Origin: Antechinus flavipes
Lineage: Eukaryota
Direction: 5' to 3'
DNA: 64,000 nt
Assembly: GCF_016432865.1 (NCBI RefSeq)
Contig: NC_067401.1
Span: forward strand, 297,352,001 to 297,416,000
Shown in pieces: positions 50,020-63,575 of the stretch. The position numbers were made by a program, and so were the translations under genes. Each line of letters starts with the position of its first letter. The first letter of the stretch is position 1. The notes under the pieces are model-generated. The model had not been told where the DNA came from and did no database searches. It was given only the letters and a program-made list of their open reading frames with translations.

Positions 50020-51455
50020 GGGGGTAGGGGGAGGGCGTGGGGAGGAGGATTCTGTCTGGGAAAATGGCAGTGTAGTTTGGTGAATTTCAAGCTCTCCAGA
50101 TTTTCCCCACAAATAGAACAAATTTGCACCTCAAGACAAACATAGACTAGTGTAAAACCAAGAAGACTTGGGGCAGAACAGGGGTCTTTCTGATACATCT
50201 CAACAAGATCTGAAGAAAGATCCTGGTGGGGATTAACCTATCTGAAGTACAAATACCTTTGGTCTAGCTCTTCAGAAAGTCAAGTGGAGATCCTTCAAGA
50301 TTATCTCAGAACTTCAGCAAGAACCACAGACACTTTCACCTCTGGGACTGTTTGGTTAGTGGGCATTTAGTACAGGAAGACAGAGTGAATTTGGGCTGAC
50401 TGGAAACACCAGGGCCAGTTGTGCTTCTGGACTGTGTGCTGTGGGCACTTTTAGGAGAATGGAGCTCTTAGTCTGGGGTTCCTGGTCAGAGTGAAGAGCT
50501 GAAGGGAAGCTTGAAGCATCATTCCCCCCACCTCACAGTTAGAGATACTTACACTAATACCTCTTACTAGAAAAAAGTGAACCAGCAAAGAAGAAAAAAC
50601 CCCACCATTGAAACATATTATGGGAACAGGGAAGACAGGATTCATCTTCAGTGGAGGACACTTTAGTTTAAAAAAAAAAGAAAAGAAAAGAAAGCTTATT
50701 CTTTGGGGTTAAACTGCCCAGAGAATTTATAGAAGATCTCAAAAAAATTCAAAAATCAAATAAGATTCATTGAGGAAAAACTAAAAAAGAAAAACAAGAA
50801 GATTATTTAAAAAAATGTTAACCAAGTAGAAAAGGAAGTACAGAGTCTCAAAGATGAAAATAATTCTTTAAAAATTAGAATTGGGCAAGGGGCAAGGGCA
50901 AGAGATCAAGAAATAACAAAATAGATTATAAAGAATGAGAAAACAGAATAGAATGTGAAATATCTCATAAGAAAAACAACAGATCTGGAGAACAGATCAA
51001 GAAGAGAAAATATAAGAATAATTGGATTGCCAGAAAGTTGGACCTTGATAGAATAATGTAGGAAATAATTCTAGAAAACTGTCCTGTATAGAATATGAGG
51101 GGAAAGTAGAAATAGAAAAAATCCACTGATCACTCCCTCAGAGAGATCATTTGAGGAACACACAAAGGAATATTATTGCCAAAACTTGAAACCCCAAGAT
51201 CAAAGAAAAAAATTTTGCAAGACACAAGGAAAAAACAATAAAAATATGCTAGTGCTACAATCCAAATTGTACAAGACTTATCAGCAGCTACAATAAAATA
51301 CCATAGGTCTTAGAATCATATCTATAGACAAGCAAAAGAACTAAGCCTGCAGCCAAAAGTATCATATCCAACAAAATTAGCTATATTTTTTTTTAAAGAG
51401 AAAAGAAACAGACATTTAATGAACTTACAGATTTTCAAGACTTTCTGTCAACCAA
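50020..51455 (+). mobile_element. L1/HAL1 5' UTR and degraded ORF1
   Basis: (V)NQQRRKNPTIETYYGNRED from 50577; EKEVQSLKDENNSLKIRIGQ; DLENRSRRENIRIIGLPES; IVQDLSAATIK; LQPKVSYPTKL. These are L1 ORF1p motifs; no ORF2 follows. Confidence 0.85.
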
Positions 51456-52761
51456 AGCCTCAATATGATCCTCAATTCTTCACTTTGATTCATGTAACAT
51501 ATCCACTTGCCAACTCTTATTGTGTCTAACACTACAACATGTCTAATATATATCTTCTCTCTCTAATCACATAGCTACTACCCTGGTTCAGGCCATTATC
51601 AACTTTTCTCTACACAATTACCCCAAGCTTTCTATTTGGCCTTCTTGCCTCACTTCTTTCCCCACTCCAACTTATTCTTCCCTGCCCTTCTCCTTTAAAG
51701 GGGAAAATATCTATCACTGGAAATAGTTAGCTCTTGTCTCTCTAGCCTACTTTTCTACCTTATCCTGTAGGTACTTTCTCATCTCTTCCTTTTTTTTTTT
51801 TTTTTTTTTTAGCTCTGTGTGGTCTTCCCCCATCTATAAAACCATGTCTGTTTCTAGATATATTGGGCAGTATATCCTGTAGTCCTGTGATTTTGTTGGG
51901 TAGGGAGCTTCAAGTCAGGAAACTCTATCAGCAATTATTTTCCATTTAATAGGCTTAGAAAGGCTATAAAGTGTAACGAATCTAACTGATCCATAGATGA
52001 TCAAATTCATGACATTACTTTCATATTATCCTTTTAACCAAATGAACTAGCCAATCTTTTTTTGTTGTTGTTAACAAAAGAAAACATTAAAGTTTGCTTT
52101 CCTAAGCAATATTATAGTACTGTTATATCACTGGATGACAGAAAAACTCAGAAACATTAAGTTCTCAATCCCTGCCTTTTTACAAAAGGATTTGGGATTG
52201 GCTCATGGATTTAATTTAGGAATTCTCAAGACTCCTTTAAATGCTTAAGAATTATTGAAGATTCCTCTACAAAAACTGTTGGTTATATAGGTTATAGCTG
52301 TTGACATTTACTGTACTAGAAATTAAAACATCTTAGTTTCATTATGAAATTAGTTCTGACTTCATGGATCCTCTGAAAAAGATCACCAGACTACATTTTG
52401 AGAATCACTGATTTAATTCATACTACTATTTATGTTTACATTATCGATGAGGTAAAGTTAAAAGATTGTATATGCAAGGAAGATGCTACATATAATTGTA
52501 AATACCTATTATGCATATGTCAAAAGGTACTGTTTTTTTGGTTAGTGATTTTATTTCTTTTGAATTCCTTAATTCACAACACTAGTTTTTAGAGTAATTG
52601 TTGTACCAATAAAATTTTTTTGAAGCCTACTCATCCCTTCCCTGATTGATGATATTACTCAGCAACAATTCTGGAAATAAGGATGAAATCTTGTTACATA
52701 ACTGGCCATTTAAGGTTTCTTCCCCCCCTCCTTCCCCCACTCCCACCCCCCAACCCCCAGT

Positions 52762-52887
52762 CCTGAGATAATTGGGATTAAGTGACTCACACAGTTAGGA
52801 AACGTTAAATGTTTGAGACCAGAATTGGACTCAGGTCCTCCTGACTTCAGGGCTAGTACTCTATTCACTGCGCCACCTAGCTGCCCC
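52762..52887 (-). mobile_element. WSINE1-like SINE
   Basis: Reverse complement of GGGGCAGCTAGGTGGCGCAGTGAATAGAG... Confidence 0.8.
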
Positions 52888-53123
52888 TATTAACTCTACT
52901 ATTAAGTGTTTCCAGTAAGCAATTAGATATGGCCTACACTCCAAAATTTTGGAACACATGCCTACAATGGTTACCTAGGCATACAATGAAGTTTTGGAAT
53001 AATTCATGGGGGATTCTTAGGAATGTTGCTTTGCTCTGCCCAAAACAAAGAAAACAGAGAATCTTAAGCAGAACTATGGTGCCCTCTAGATCAGCAGTGT
53101 CAAATTAAATAGAAACAGGAATT

Positions 53124-53764
53124 CCTTTTTTTTTTTTAATTTTTCAATAGTATTTTTTTTTACTATACCGTTTTATTTACAAGTTACATGCATGGGTAAT
53201 TTTACAGGACTGAGAATTGCCAAACCTTTTGTTCCAATTTTTCCCCTCCTTCCCCCCATCCCCTCCCCACATCCCCATGGCAGGTTGACTAATACATGTT
53301 AAATATGTTAAAGTATAAATTAAATACAATATAAGTATACATGTCCTAACAGTTATTTTGCTGTACAAAAAGAATCGGACTTTGAAATAGTGTACTATTA
53401 CCCTGTGAAGGAAATCAAAAATGCACGCGGACAAAAATATAGGAATTGGGAATTCTATGTAATGGTTCATAGTCATCTCCTAGAGTTCTTTCGCTGGGTG
53501 TAGCTGGTTCAGTTTATTACTGCTCCATTGGAACTGATTTGGTTCGTCTCGTTGCTGGAGATGGTCATGTCCATCAGAATTGATCATCATATAGTATTGT
53601 TGTTCAAGTGTATAATGATCTCCTGGTCCTGCTCATTTCACTCAGCATCAGTTCATGTAAGTTTCTCCAGGCTTTTCTGAAATCATCCTGCTGGTCATTT
53701 CTTACAGAACAATAATATTCCATAACATTCATATACCACAATTTATTCAGCCATTCTCCAGTTG
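53124..53764 (-). mobile_element. L1 3' end nested in an old hAT-type MITE (about 53091-53960)
   Basis: Perfect 15-bp TSD ATAGAAACAGGAATT at 53109-53123 and 53765-53779. The host MITE is preceded by a Charlie-type target, CTCTAGAT. Confidence 0.85.
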
Positions 53765-55662
53765 ATAGAAACAGGAATTTCTAAATCATGATAAGAATCC
53801 TCAAATTGGATCAGAAAATCACACATCACCATTAGCTATATTCTATTGCTTTTGATTTATTTTGTTGGATATTTCCCATTACACTTTAATCTGGTTCTGG
53901 CTGATTCCAGCTGATGAGTGAGTACTGCTGTATATGGCCTGTGGACTCCAAATGTATGCCATAGGACATCCTTTAGTATTCTTCTTTCATCTAAAACTAA
54001 GCAATTTTATGTTTTTGTGGAACAGCTAAAAGTACATTTTCCACCACTGACAAAATTTATTGTTCAAGATGTGAATTTCCCAGAGAGGATAAGCAACCTG
54101 GTAATTTCATTGCTACTTTTATTATAGAATTTCATCATCTGAACTGAAATGTTAGGGATTTTTAAGAAGAGGAATTGCTTTGTATGTTGTGTTGTTCCCG
54201 TTGCTATCATTCCCTATGTATAGGTGGGGGAGGAGAAGAAAAGAATTCCTTAACAGATACTCTCAGTTATGTATGAGCCAGTAAATTCTTCTTTTAATGG
54301 TCATTTTTTTTATTGTAACAACAATCAACAGCAAACATAAACATTTCTATAAACTAAGAAAAACAATTGGTTTGAAGAAGAAGTTGTGAACTTCTATTAC
54401 ATAATTTATTTTTACAAAATATATCTATCTACAACAATTAACAAGATAGTAAAAAAAAAAAAACTTCAAAAATTGGCTACTGAGTAACAAAAAAGAATTT
54501 ATTGGAAGAAACTTTATCTAAGCTGTTGCTATATTAACTATCAAGCAAATTAGAAATTATGGAAGACAAAGTAAATTTCAAACATTATAACTGAAGTCAA
54601 CAATATTAACATGAATATTCTTTCTATTGGGCTATATGGCTACGAGTCACAGAATAAGTAACACAAATTATGAAGAATTTTAATTACCAATTGACCAAAG
54701 TCTAATGAAGAGATAGGTACTTGGTAGATGTGAGGAAGCTGCAGCATATCAGGAATGAAGAATTCCACTGAAGAAATAGTATATAAACGGTATCTGAGAA
54801 GTGTGTGCAGAAAAGGAGGTGGTCTGGGCATTAGAAAGAGCAAGAGATATCTAATGGGACAGTCTTTGTACTCCATTAGTTTCCATGTAATATTAATAGG
54901 TTTCAAGGAAGGTTCCCAGAATATCAGGCAGATCTTCCTGCCCCAGTAGAAGGTTTATAGATCAAGGATAAAGATTTCATAGGATAAGAAAGAGTAACTT
55001 CATAGATGAATTTAAAAATCTATTAAAATAAGTTTCCCCAGCAACTAACACTGCTCCTAATACAGAACAGATGTTTAAAAAGTAATTGCTAAAGTCAATG
55101 GAACTGGGTTAGCATTTTCCTTAGAGTTACCTGATAATAATAGTAATTAGAAACATTTCCTGATTTTGATTTTGCAATCTGTCAGGATAGTTCAGACAAT
55201 ATCCTGATACCATTGATTAGTTGGAAGATTATGTCTAACAAACCTTGACTGATTTCTCATAGCTCAATATGTTACTTTATATTGAATAATAAATATTGAT
55301 ACTACATAATTATTAATAGAATGATATTCCATGACTTGGCTTCAAGTATTTTCTCCCAAAGACAAGGAAAGAATAAGTTTTAGATGATTCTAATACTTCA
55401 CTCATTTCTACCACAAAAGTTTATCTTTTCTAAGAATTATTTAATTGGATTAAGGGGAATTCCTACTATTATATAGTCATATAATAAGGATCTCTGTTTC
55501 CTTTCTGTGTTGATCAACTCTGAAAACATTCTTCTAAAAGTGATATAACCATATTATTATTAGAAGCATTGCCTCCAGAGCAAACTGACTTAAAGCTCCT
55601 ATAACTACATCTATGAGGGAAAAATCAATCACTGTAAAAAGAGAGATAATAATTTTTCTTTG

Positions 55663-55743
55663 AATTAGAAGGATCTTGGGGATCATGTAGTGTAATGCAA
55701 ATATGAAGGCATTACACTACATGATCCCAAGAGCCTTCTAATT
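55663..55743. repeat. Near-perfect inverted repeat (about 35-bp arms, 10-nt loop)
   Basis: AATTAGAAGGATCTTGGGGATCATGTAGTGTAATGC - AAATATGAAG - GCATTACACTACATGATCCCAAGAGCCTTCTAATT; one mismatch and one indel. Confidence 0.92.
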
Positions 55744-58700
55744 TTTAAATCAACAGTCTTTCTGCCATCCGATAAACTTTTAGTAAACACCTATTACCTC
55801 TCAGGCACTGTGTTAAGGACTGGGGATACAGAGATGAGCAAAATAATTAGTCCCTACTCTTAAGGAACTCAGTCTAATGGGGGGAGGAACATATAAGTAA
55901 ATATATTCAAATAATTTATGTAATAGAAAAATTGGAGATAATCACCAAAAAGAAGGGACTAAGATAAAAAGGGATCATGAAAGGCTTCCTATACAAGATG
56001 GGATTTTAACTAAGATATGAAGAAAGCCAGGGAAATTAGGGAAAAAATGGTAGGAAAGCATTCCAGAGCCAGAGAAAATATCTATAATTGGGAATTGGAA
56101 TGTCTTGTGTGAGGAAGAGCAAGGAAGCCAGTGTAACTGATCACAAAATATTCAAGGGAGACATAATATATAAGAATACTGGATGAGTAGGAGAAAAGGA
56201 ATGGATATGAAGGGCTTTGAATGATTGATAGGGGATTTTGTCTTTGTAATGGATGTAATAGGGAGCCATTGGAGTGTGCTGAGTGAAGGGGTGACATAGA
56301 CTTGTGTTTCAAGACCATTTGAGAGCTGAGTGAAAGATGTACTGGATTGGGGCCAGTCATATGTCAGGCAGACCAACCAGTAAGATGTTGCCTTAGTGCA
56401 GGTATAATGCAATGAGGGCCTCCACTAGGGTAACATCAATGTCAGAGGAGAGAAGGGAGCATATGAAAAAGATATTATGAATTTAAGATTGATAGACCTT
56501 GGCAATGAGATTGGATATGGAGGCCAAGAGAAAATGAGGAATGGATTATGACCCTTAGGTTTCAATCCTATATAAATGGGAATATAATAGTGCCCTTGAT
56601 AGTAATAAAAAAGATTGGAAATAGGGGGAAGATAATGAGTTCCATTTGGATCATATTGCATTTAAGATTGTTTATGGGATATACTGTTCAAAATGCCCAA
56701 TGGAAATGCTTAACTGAAGACTAGCAGAGAGGTTATGATTGGATAAGTAGATTTGACAATCACAAAATTAAAAAGGATTATTAAATTCATGGGAGCTGAT
56801 GAAGTTTCCAAGTTAAAATGCATGGAGGGAGAAAAGAAGAGAGTTCAGAACAGTTAGTAATAGGTCTGACTTGGATGAAGATCTTGATAAGAAGACTAAG
56901 ATGAAGTCAAATATTCATCTTAAATAACAACAGCAAAGAGCATAGATTGTTAGTATACTTCTTTTCCTTATAATTATAAGTCAGAATTTTGTAAATACAA
57001 TCATATTTGGAATGTAATAAGGAAGGTTTCTATTTAAAGGAACCCAACAATGCTTTTACAATACAACCCCTTCTCCAAATCCTTTTTAAAAAAATAATAT
57101 TTGCATTCTAATGTATATGTTTTCTAAGTTTGGATATTCAAATATCCATTTTATATAAGTATAAAATTGTCCTGAGAGGAAAAAAAGGTATTGGAAAAGA
57201 GGAATATATAGAGACAAAGAGAGGGATGAAAATAGAAACAGATTAAAGAGGGAAAAAGAGAAAGATTAGGGGAATAAGAGAAAGAAAAATATATTATAAC
57301 AGAGAGGAGGCATTACCAAGGAACTGTTCAAGAAGTTGTCCTAATAGAAATATTATACTACCATGTGTATCATATCTTCAGGGATTATTGTTTAATTATG
57401 CTATTATGCTATCAAAAAGTAGAATGCCTATTAGCAGACCTCAGGACTTAAAAATAACCTTCATGTTTGTTGCTGTCTGATTTTTAGCTCTGGAATATGC
57501 CATGTTATTTCCCATGTGAGTTCATAGAGTCTCAGGCAGCAGTACCCATCTTAGCATCTAGCTTATTTCCTCCTTATGTATGTTGAATTTTCCAACTTAT
57601 ATCTTTGAGATATGGGTTCATGCCCTCTACTTGGAGGTGACAGCATTAAAAATAAGAAAAAGGAATAAATTATATAGAAATTAGAATCAGAAGATATATA
57701 AAGAAAGGAGGACAATGGAGCAGGGAAAGAAACATTTACAATGTAGGGTACCAAGTAATTATGTTGACTATATCGGATTGCTTGCTGTCTTGGAGAGGAG
57801 GGACATAAGAGAGGGAGAGAGAAAAAAATACTTGGAACTCAAAATCTTATAAAAATGAATGTTGAAAATCATCTTTGCATGTAATTGGAAAAATAAAATA
57901 CTATGGAAATTTTTTTTTTAAATACGTATGTTGAAAAATAGGATGTTACTTAAATTGGCAAAATATATTGCTCAAAAACCTCCTATAAAAATTTGGCCAG
58001 CCAGAAAAAGAAACACCTTATTTTACCCTAAGTTGTTGTCCTTTAGGGTACATCAGAATAACTAGAGAGTGACTTGGAATTTAACTTACCACTGAGTAAG
58101 TGCTTTAAGTAAAATAATAATAAATGAAAAGAGAGAGAAAATTGACTTGCACAGTCAAAAGTCAGAGGAAACTTATTCCTAATTACTTTTTATTAAATAA
58201 TAGTAGTAGTAAATATAGGAAGATACAACTGATGTTTTTTCATAAGCATTGTTCATGCTTATTAATGAATAACCTCTTTTAACTAACAGACAAGAAAACT
58301 GAAGAAGTGACTTTAGGGATCCTAAAGTTAATTATTGCCCTCAAACTCCTTTGGTTCATTTCTCTTAAATGCACAAATAGACCAACTATTGTGGCATCTT
58401 AATTTTGGTCATATGAGAAAAATAGTGTTTAAAAGTCATTGGATTTGGGGTTCTGAGTCAACCTAAAAGTAGGTGTTCATTATGAATCTCTATTATCTGT
58501 TAGAAATTCTGGTTTAACCAGCTAATTTTTCATGTTGGATTAAAATTAGGAAAATATAGGCCTCTCTTTAGAATTTGATAAAGATTTTTTTTCTGATTGT
58601 GTTTAAATTTACAACAGAAAAAAGAGAGTTGGAGTTTGAGTAATTATTTGCTTATGGCATTTAATTTTAAAACTAGAACAAAATCATTCAATCTTCAAAG

Positions 58701-59317
58701 TGATTTTCTTTTACCTGAATCTTACTTTAAGCCAATGGCTAAAAAAATTTTCTATTTATTTTTCATGTTATAGACATAGCCTGCATTAAAAGCAAACAAA
58801 CCAAAAAACCTTACATTAATCATTTCCTTAAACTCACAGGACACTGCTTTGAACTGCCTGCCACCCAATCTGAATTCTTCATTCACATTTTCCCACAGCT
58901 CCTGGCTGGGTTTAGCCTTATCTGAAACTAGAATAATTAACAGTGGTATCAGTTTACTGGTCATTACTTTTAGTCCTTTCATTCCTTGTCAGTAACTTTT
59001 TGTTTCTCAAGTTATTAAACTTTACCATACATCAAGCCAAATTTTCCCTTCCTACCTATTCAAGTTTCTTGCAGATTAATTCTTTTAGGACACTAAAAAT
59101 AATTTATTCTTCTTACCATACAACAAATTCTTTTTTAAAATGCCTTTGGTTGCTTCAGAAATATATTGTACATCTTGCACATCCATTTAGCCAGGAATTT
59201 ACCATTTTCATATGAATTAAACAGCACAGAGAAATAGAGTGAAAAAAAAAAAAAGAAAATTTTTGGATATCCTATTTTTTCTCTTGGTTAGGAATAGCTC
59301 ACTCAAAATTAATTCGT

Positions 59318-59619
59318 ACCTGGAAATAGTGAGTAAGGTTTGTAATCTCTACAACCAGAGAGGTTGAGGCTAGTAGATCACTTTAGCTTTGAAGTTCTGA
59401 ATTGTACTAAGGTTAAAGTCAAATAGAAGTCTGGGTCCTAAATTTGACATTAATATAGCAAACATCTATAAAACCACAGGATTGCCTAAAGAAAGATTTT
59501 GAACAGATCAGAAATGAAGCAGGCAAAGTCCTCTTATGATTCAGAGTCCAGTTGGCCAGTGAGTAACCTCTGCACTTCCAGCCTAGACAAGTAAAGGAGA
59601 TCCAGTCTTAAAAAAAAAA
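59318..59619 (+). pseudogene. Degraded full-length 7SL RNA retrocopy (P7SL-like)
   Basis: Collinear with 7SL: ...TGTAATCTCTACAACCAGAGAGGTTGAGGCTAGTAGATCAC...GGATTGCCTAAAG...GAAATGAAGCAGG...CTGCACTTCCAGCCTAGACAA...GAGATCCAGTCTT, followed by polyA. Confidence 0.85.
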
Positions 59620-59852
59620 TTTGTAATATAGAGCAGGCAATTCAATTCATTAAAGTAATTATAAGCATAATGGGTTATCAATGTACCCAAATGTTCTAAA
59701 AATATGTTGATTCTTATATTTTCCTTGTAAACTATTTGAATTTTCTAATATAGTATTAATTAATCAGATGTTTTGAATGATTTGAAATTTAATGTTTTGC
59801 ACATATTAATACAAAAGCCAGTTTTCCATTCTAATCCAAAACACTTTTTTGC

Positions 59853-59897
59853 TGTGTGTGTGTGCGTGTGTGTGTGTGTGTGTATGTGTGTGTGTGT
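59853..59897. repeat. (TG)n microsatellite
   Basis: Direct reading. Confidence 0.9.
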
Positions 59898-62180
59898 ACA
59901 TGTTTCCAGAGAAATAGATTTATGGAAAGGATCAGCAGTCTATCTTGGAATACAGATGTTCCTACTCTTAATATATATTCTATTTGAAGCCAAAGTCTCC
60001 ATTATCTTATCATGTCTCATTACTACACCTTAGTATAATGGAGAGGAAAGTATTGAGGTTCCCTTTATGCTGTGAAGACCCTGAGATAATTGGAAGTCTG
60101 ATTCTGTGGCTTAAAAAATAGAACTATCAGCTATTTATACCAAAATTATAGAGATGTAAATCTTCCAGGGATAGCTATAGAAAAATTCCCAACAAAACTT
60201 TACTTAGAGACAAAATAATAGGCCTATTCAGATTTACATTTTTAAAGAAATTACCCCTATAGCTTCAGTAAGAGATTTGCCAGAATCCCTTTAATACTGC
60301 TAGAAACCAAATATAATCTAGATGTATTTAATGATACATTTTGTTTGAAAAATAAGGACTTCCTTTTTTACTTTATCAAATGTGACTCAAAATGTAGTGA
60401 AACCTTATTATTACTAATATTTCTATTTGTAACTTAGAGGTTCATTTTTGTTATTTTACTTATGGGATGACATTAAGTAAATTGACTACTCATAGAAGAT
60501 AAAAATCAAAGTATAGCCTAAAAGTAGTTTCCATAGATTTCCCCATCTTATTTATAAATCCTGGTTATGATCTTCCTCACATAATTAAGTCTTAGAATCC
60601 CCCAAGTATTCTGAGGAGAACTCAGGACCTGGCTTATTCATTCCTTACCCTTTGTTTACACCAGTCAACAAATGTAGAAGAAACACTGATACTGAACATA
60701 AAAGTCTGGTTCGAGAATGAAGTCATATCTATTCCAAATTCAAACGGCTCTATATAGGTTAAAAAACAGAATCTTCCCTTGCAATGTTCCTTTGCCTAAC
60801 CTTTAAATCCAGATAATTTTCCCCTAGAAAGTCTGTACCCGAAACTTATTTATAGTCTTGTTATGATGCTACTTCATGATACAGAAGCGATCCTGTGTTC
60901 TCAAAAATGGAGTAAGAGAGTTCTAAAGTGAAAAGGGTTCAAATAAAGGTTTGATGACAAATGATACATCTATCATCTGAAGATGAACCTGGCTAAATTC
61001 AGAGAGGCTTATTGTTATCAATAAATATTGAATTGTTTTGGCTATGGCATCTCTCAAGAACTGTTTCTTCACTAAAAGATGGATTGCAGTGCACGTTAGG
61101 AGAAATAATACCCATACCATCAAAATCATGGATCCTTAGAATATTGAAATGTATCAGTATACATGCTTAACTATCTAGGAAAAGCACCAAGATAACTTTT
61201 TCCTCCATCAGCTCTTATCAGATAGACAAATCATAAAAACAAATAATGAAGTTTTGTCACCTGCCTTAGTGAAAGGACAATTAGTTTTTTTATGTACTTA
61301 GAAGCACAAAGCTTAGCCCCTTGACTTGAAGAAGCTCCCAGAAACCAACTTAGAAGATGGGTTGAAAGCCAGTATTTTATAAAACCCGGAAATTCTACTG
61401 GTTCAACAATAAGGTTTTTTCTTATAATGTTTTCATATCTTTAAATATATGCATACATATTTATATGTATGTACATATATGTGTGTGTGTACATATGTCT
61501 GTCTATCATCAAAATTTCTGCCAGTATAAGAGAGCAGAGGGAGAGCCTAGACTATGTATGAGGGATAGTGAGTATAAATGCTTGTCATTAGAGGATAGGA
61601 AATGGGAAAACAGTGAGTGATTGGTTTGCCTGAAAAGTAGAATGAAAGAGTAGTGTTAAATAAGTCTGGAAATGTGTAGTTTAGAGCCACACTGTGTAGG
61701 ATCTTGAATACTGAGTGTTTACATTTTTTTTGGTAGGTAAAAGGAAGTCACTGAAGGTCTTTAATCAAATAAGAAGAAAGAAATCTATATTTTAGAAGAT
61801 TACTTTGAAAATAGTGCTAAGAATTGTTTGGAGGGAAGAGACTAAAAATGAAAGGACTAATTAGGAAGCTATTTAATGGACCAGGTAAGAATTTTGGATG
61901 AGCTAGACTTGGGTGACAATTGTAGAAGTGGAATGTAATGGGTAGCAAGAAATAGTGCATCTGTAGGTGCAACAGAACTTGGTAGCTGCTTGTGAATTGC
62001 TCTGGGGAGGAAAGAATAAAAGATGATTGAGAAGTTTCTAGCCTAGCTAACTAGAAGAATGATGAAAACAAATAGAAAATTGGAAGAAAGTGAGTTATGT
62101 CTTGGATATATTGAATTTGAAGTATCACCAAAATATGAAGGTGGAGGTGTTAATTAGGCTGTTATAGAAATGCAGGTCTG

Positions 62181-62616
62181 TCAATTCTGATGGATGTGGC
62201 TCTTTCCAACAATAAGATGACTGAGGTCAGTTCCAATGGTCTTGTGATGAAGAGAGCCCTCTGCACCCAGAGAGAGAATTGTGGGAACTGAGTGTGGCTC
62301 ACAACAAAGCATTTTCATTCTTTTTATTGTTTGCTTGCATTTTGTTTTCTTTCTCATTTTTTTTCCTTTTTGATCTGATTTTTCTTGTGCAGCAAGATAA
62401 TTGTGTAAATATGTATACATATATTGGATTTAACATATATTTTAACATGTTGAACATATATTGGATTACTTTCCATCTAGGGGAAGGGGTAGGGAGAAGG
62501 AGGGGAAAATTTGGAACAAAAGATTTTGCAAGGGTCAATGTTGAAAAATTATACATGTATATGTTTTGAAAATAAAAAGCTTTAATTTAAAAAAGGGGAA
62601 AAAATCATCCAAAAAA
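62181..62616 (+). mobile_element. L1 3' UTR inserted in L2
   Basis: Perfect 17-bp TSD ATAGAAATGCAGGTCTG at 62164-62180 and 62617-62633. Confidence 0.85.
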
Positions 62617-63471
62617 ATAGAAATGCAGGTCTGGTGTTAATGGGAAAGGTCAGAATTGAGATAAAGTTTTGGGAGTCAAGCAATAATTGAAATATAAAAA
62701 TAGATTAGGAAAGTCAAGAGTGATAGAAAACAGAGAGCCAACGATAAGAGAATTCACATATTTCTGCACTTAGGATGGGACCAGCAAAAAGGACCCAAGA
62801 AGGATAGGTAGAAAGGTAGGAGAGCTAGAAGAGGATGTCTTTGAAGCTAAGACAAGAATATTAAGAAAGAGAGTGGTTAAGAAAAAGTGAAAGAAAAGCC
62901 AATGAAAATCTAGTCTAAAAAGAAACTTGAATTTGGTAATTTGGTAATGACCTTGGAGAGAGAATTCTGAACTCATCAGATTGCAGAAAATTGAGTTGTG
63001 AGTAAATGGTAAATAAATGGTAGTACAGACAGCTAGTGGACAGTAGAAAGTCCTTTTGTAGAAATGTTAGAGAATAAAGGAGGAATAGAGAGGATAGTAG
63101 CTTTGCTGTTGTTGTTCAGTCATATCTGACTCTGTGACTCCATGGATCATAGCACAATAAGACCTTCTGTCCTCTATTATCTCCCCAAATCAAAATCATT
63201 TTCCATGAGATTTTTTTGGCAAAGATACTAGAATGATTTGTCATTTCCTTCTCCAGTGGATCACCTTTGATTAGAATTCTCCACTATGACCTGTTTGGCT
63301 TAGGTGAACTTTCACAGCATATCTCATAGTTTCATTGAATTATGCAGGCTCCTCCACCATGACAAGGCACTGATCCAGAAGGAGTGGTAGCTTTCTGGAG
63401 TAGCAAAGAACAATTGGGGGGGGGGAGAGGGGGGGAGAGGAGAGAGGTATTTGTTAGAACAGAGAAAATCT

Positions 63472-63575
63472 TTTTTTTGTTTTTTTGGGTTTTTTTTGTT
63501 TTTTTTAAATAACTTTTTATTGATAGAACCCATGCCAGGGTAATTTTTTACAACATTATCCCTTGCACTCACTTC
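63472..63575 (-). mobile_element. Young L1 3' end, 104 bp
   Basis: Perfect 18-bp TSD TTAGAACAGAGAAAATCT at 63454-63471 and 63576-63593. Confidence 0.9.

Noticed and set aside
53076-53092. CTAGAGGGCACC (minus strand) as a CTCF site
   Set aside because: The 5' half of the motif mismatches, and it overlaps the TCTAGA target site of the adjacent hAT MITE.
58752-58982. 76-aa minus-strand ORF
   Set aside because: Not recognised; its length is within chance expectation.
60700-60760. + frame SHIYSKFKRLYIG resembles mouse nephrocan SGIPSTTKRLYIS
   Set aside because: Bracketed by stops, no signal peptide or CPxxCSC motif, no splice context; likely chance despite the synteny.
60923-61129. 68-aa minus-strand ORF with a hydrophobic, signal-peptide-like start
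   Set aside because: No recognisable family, and no supporting splice or promoter features.
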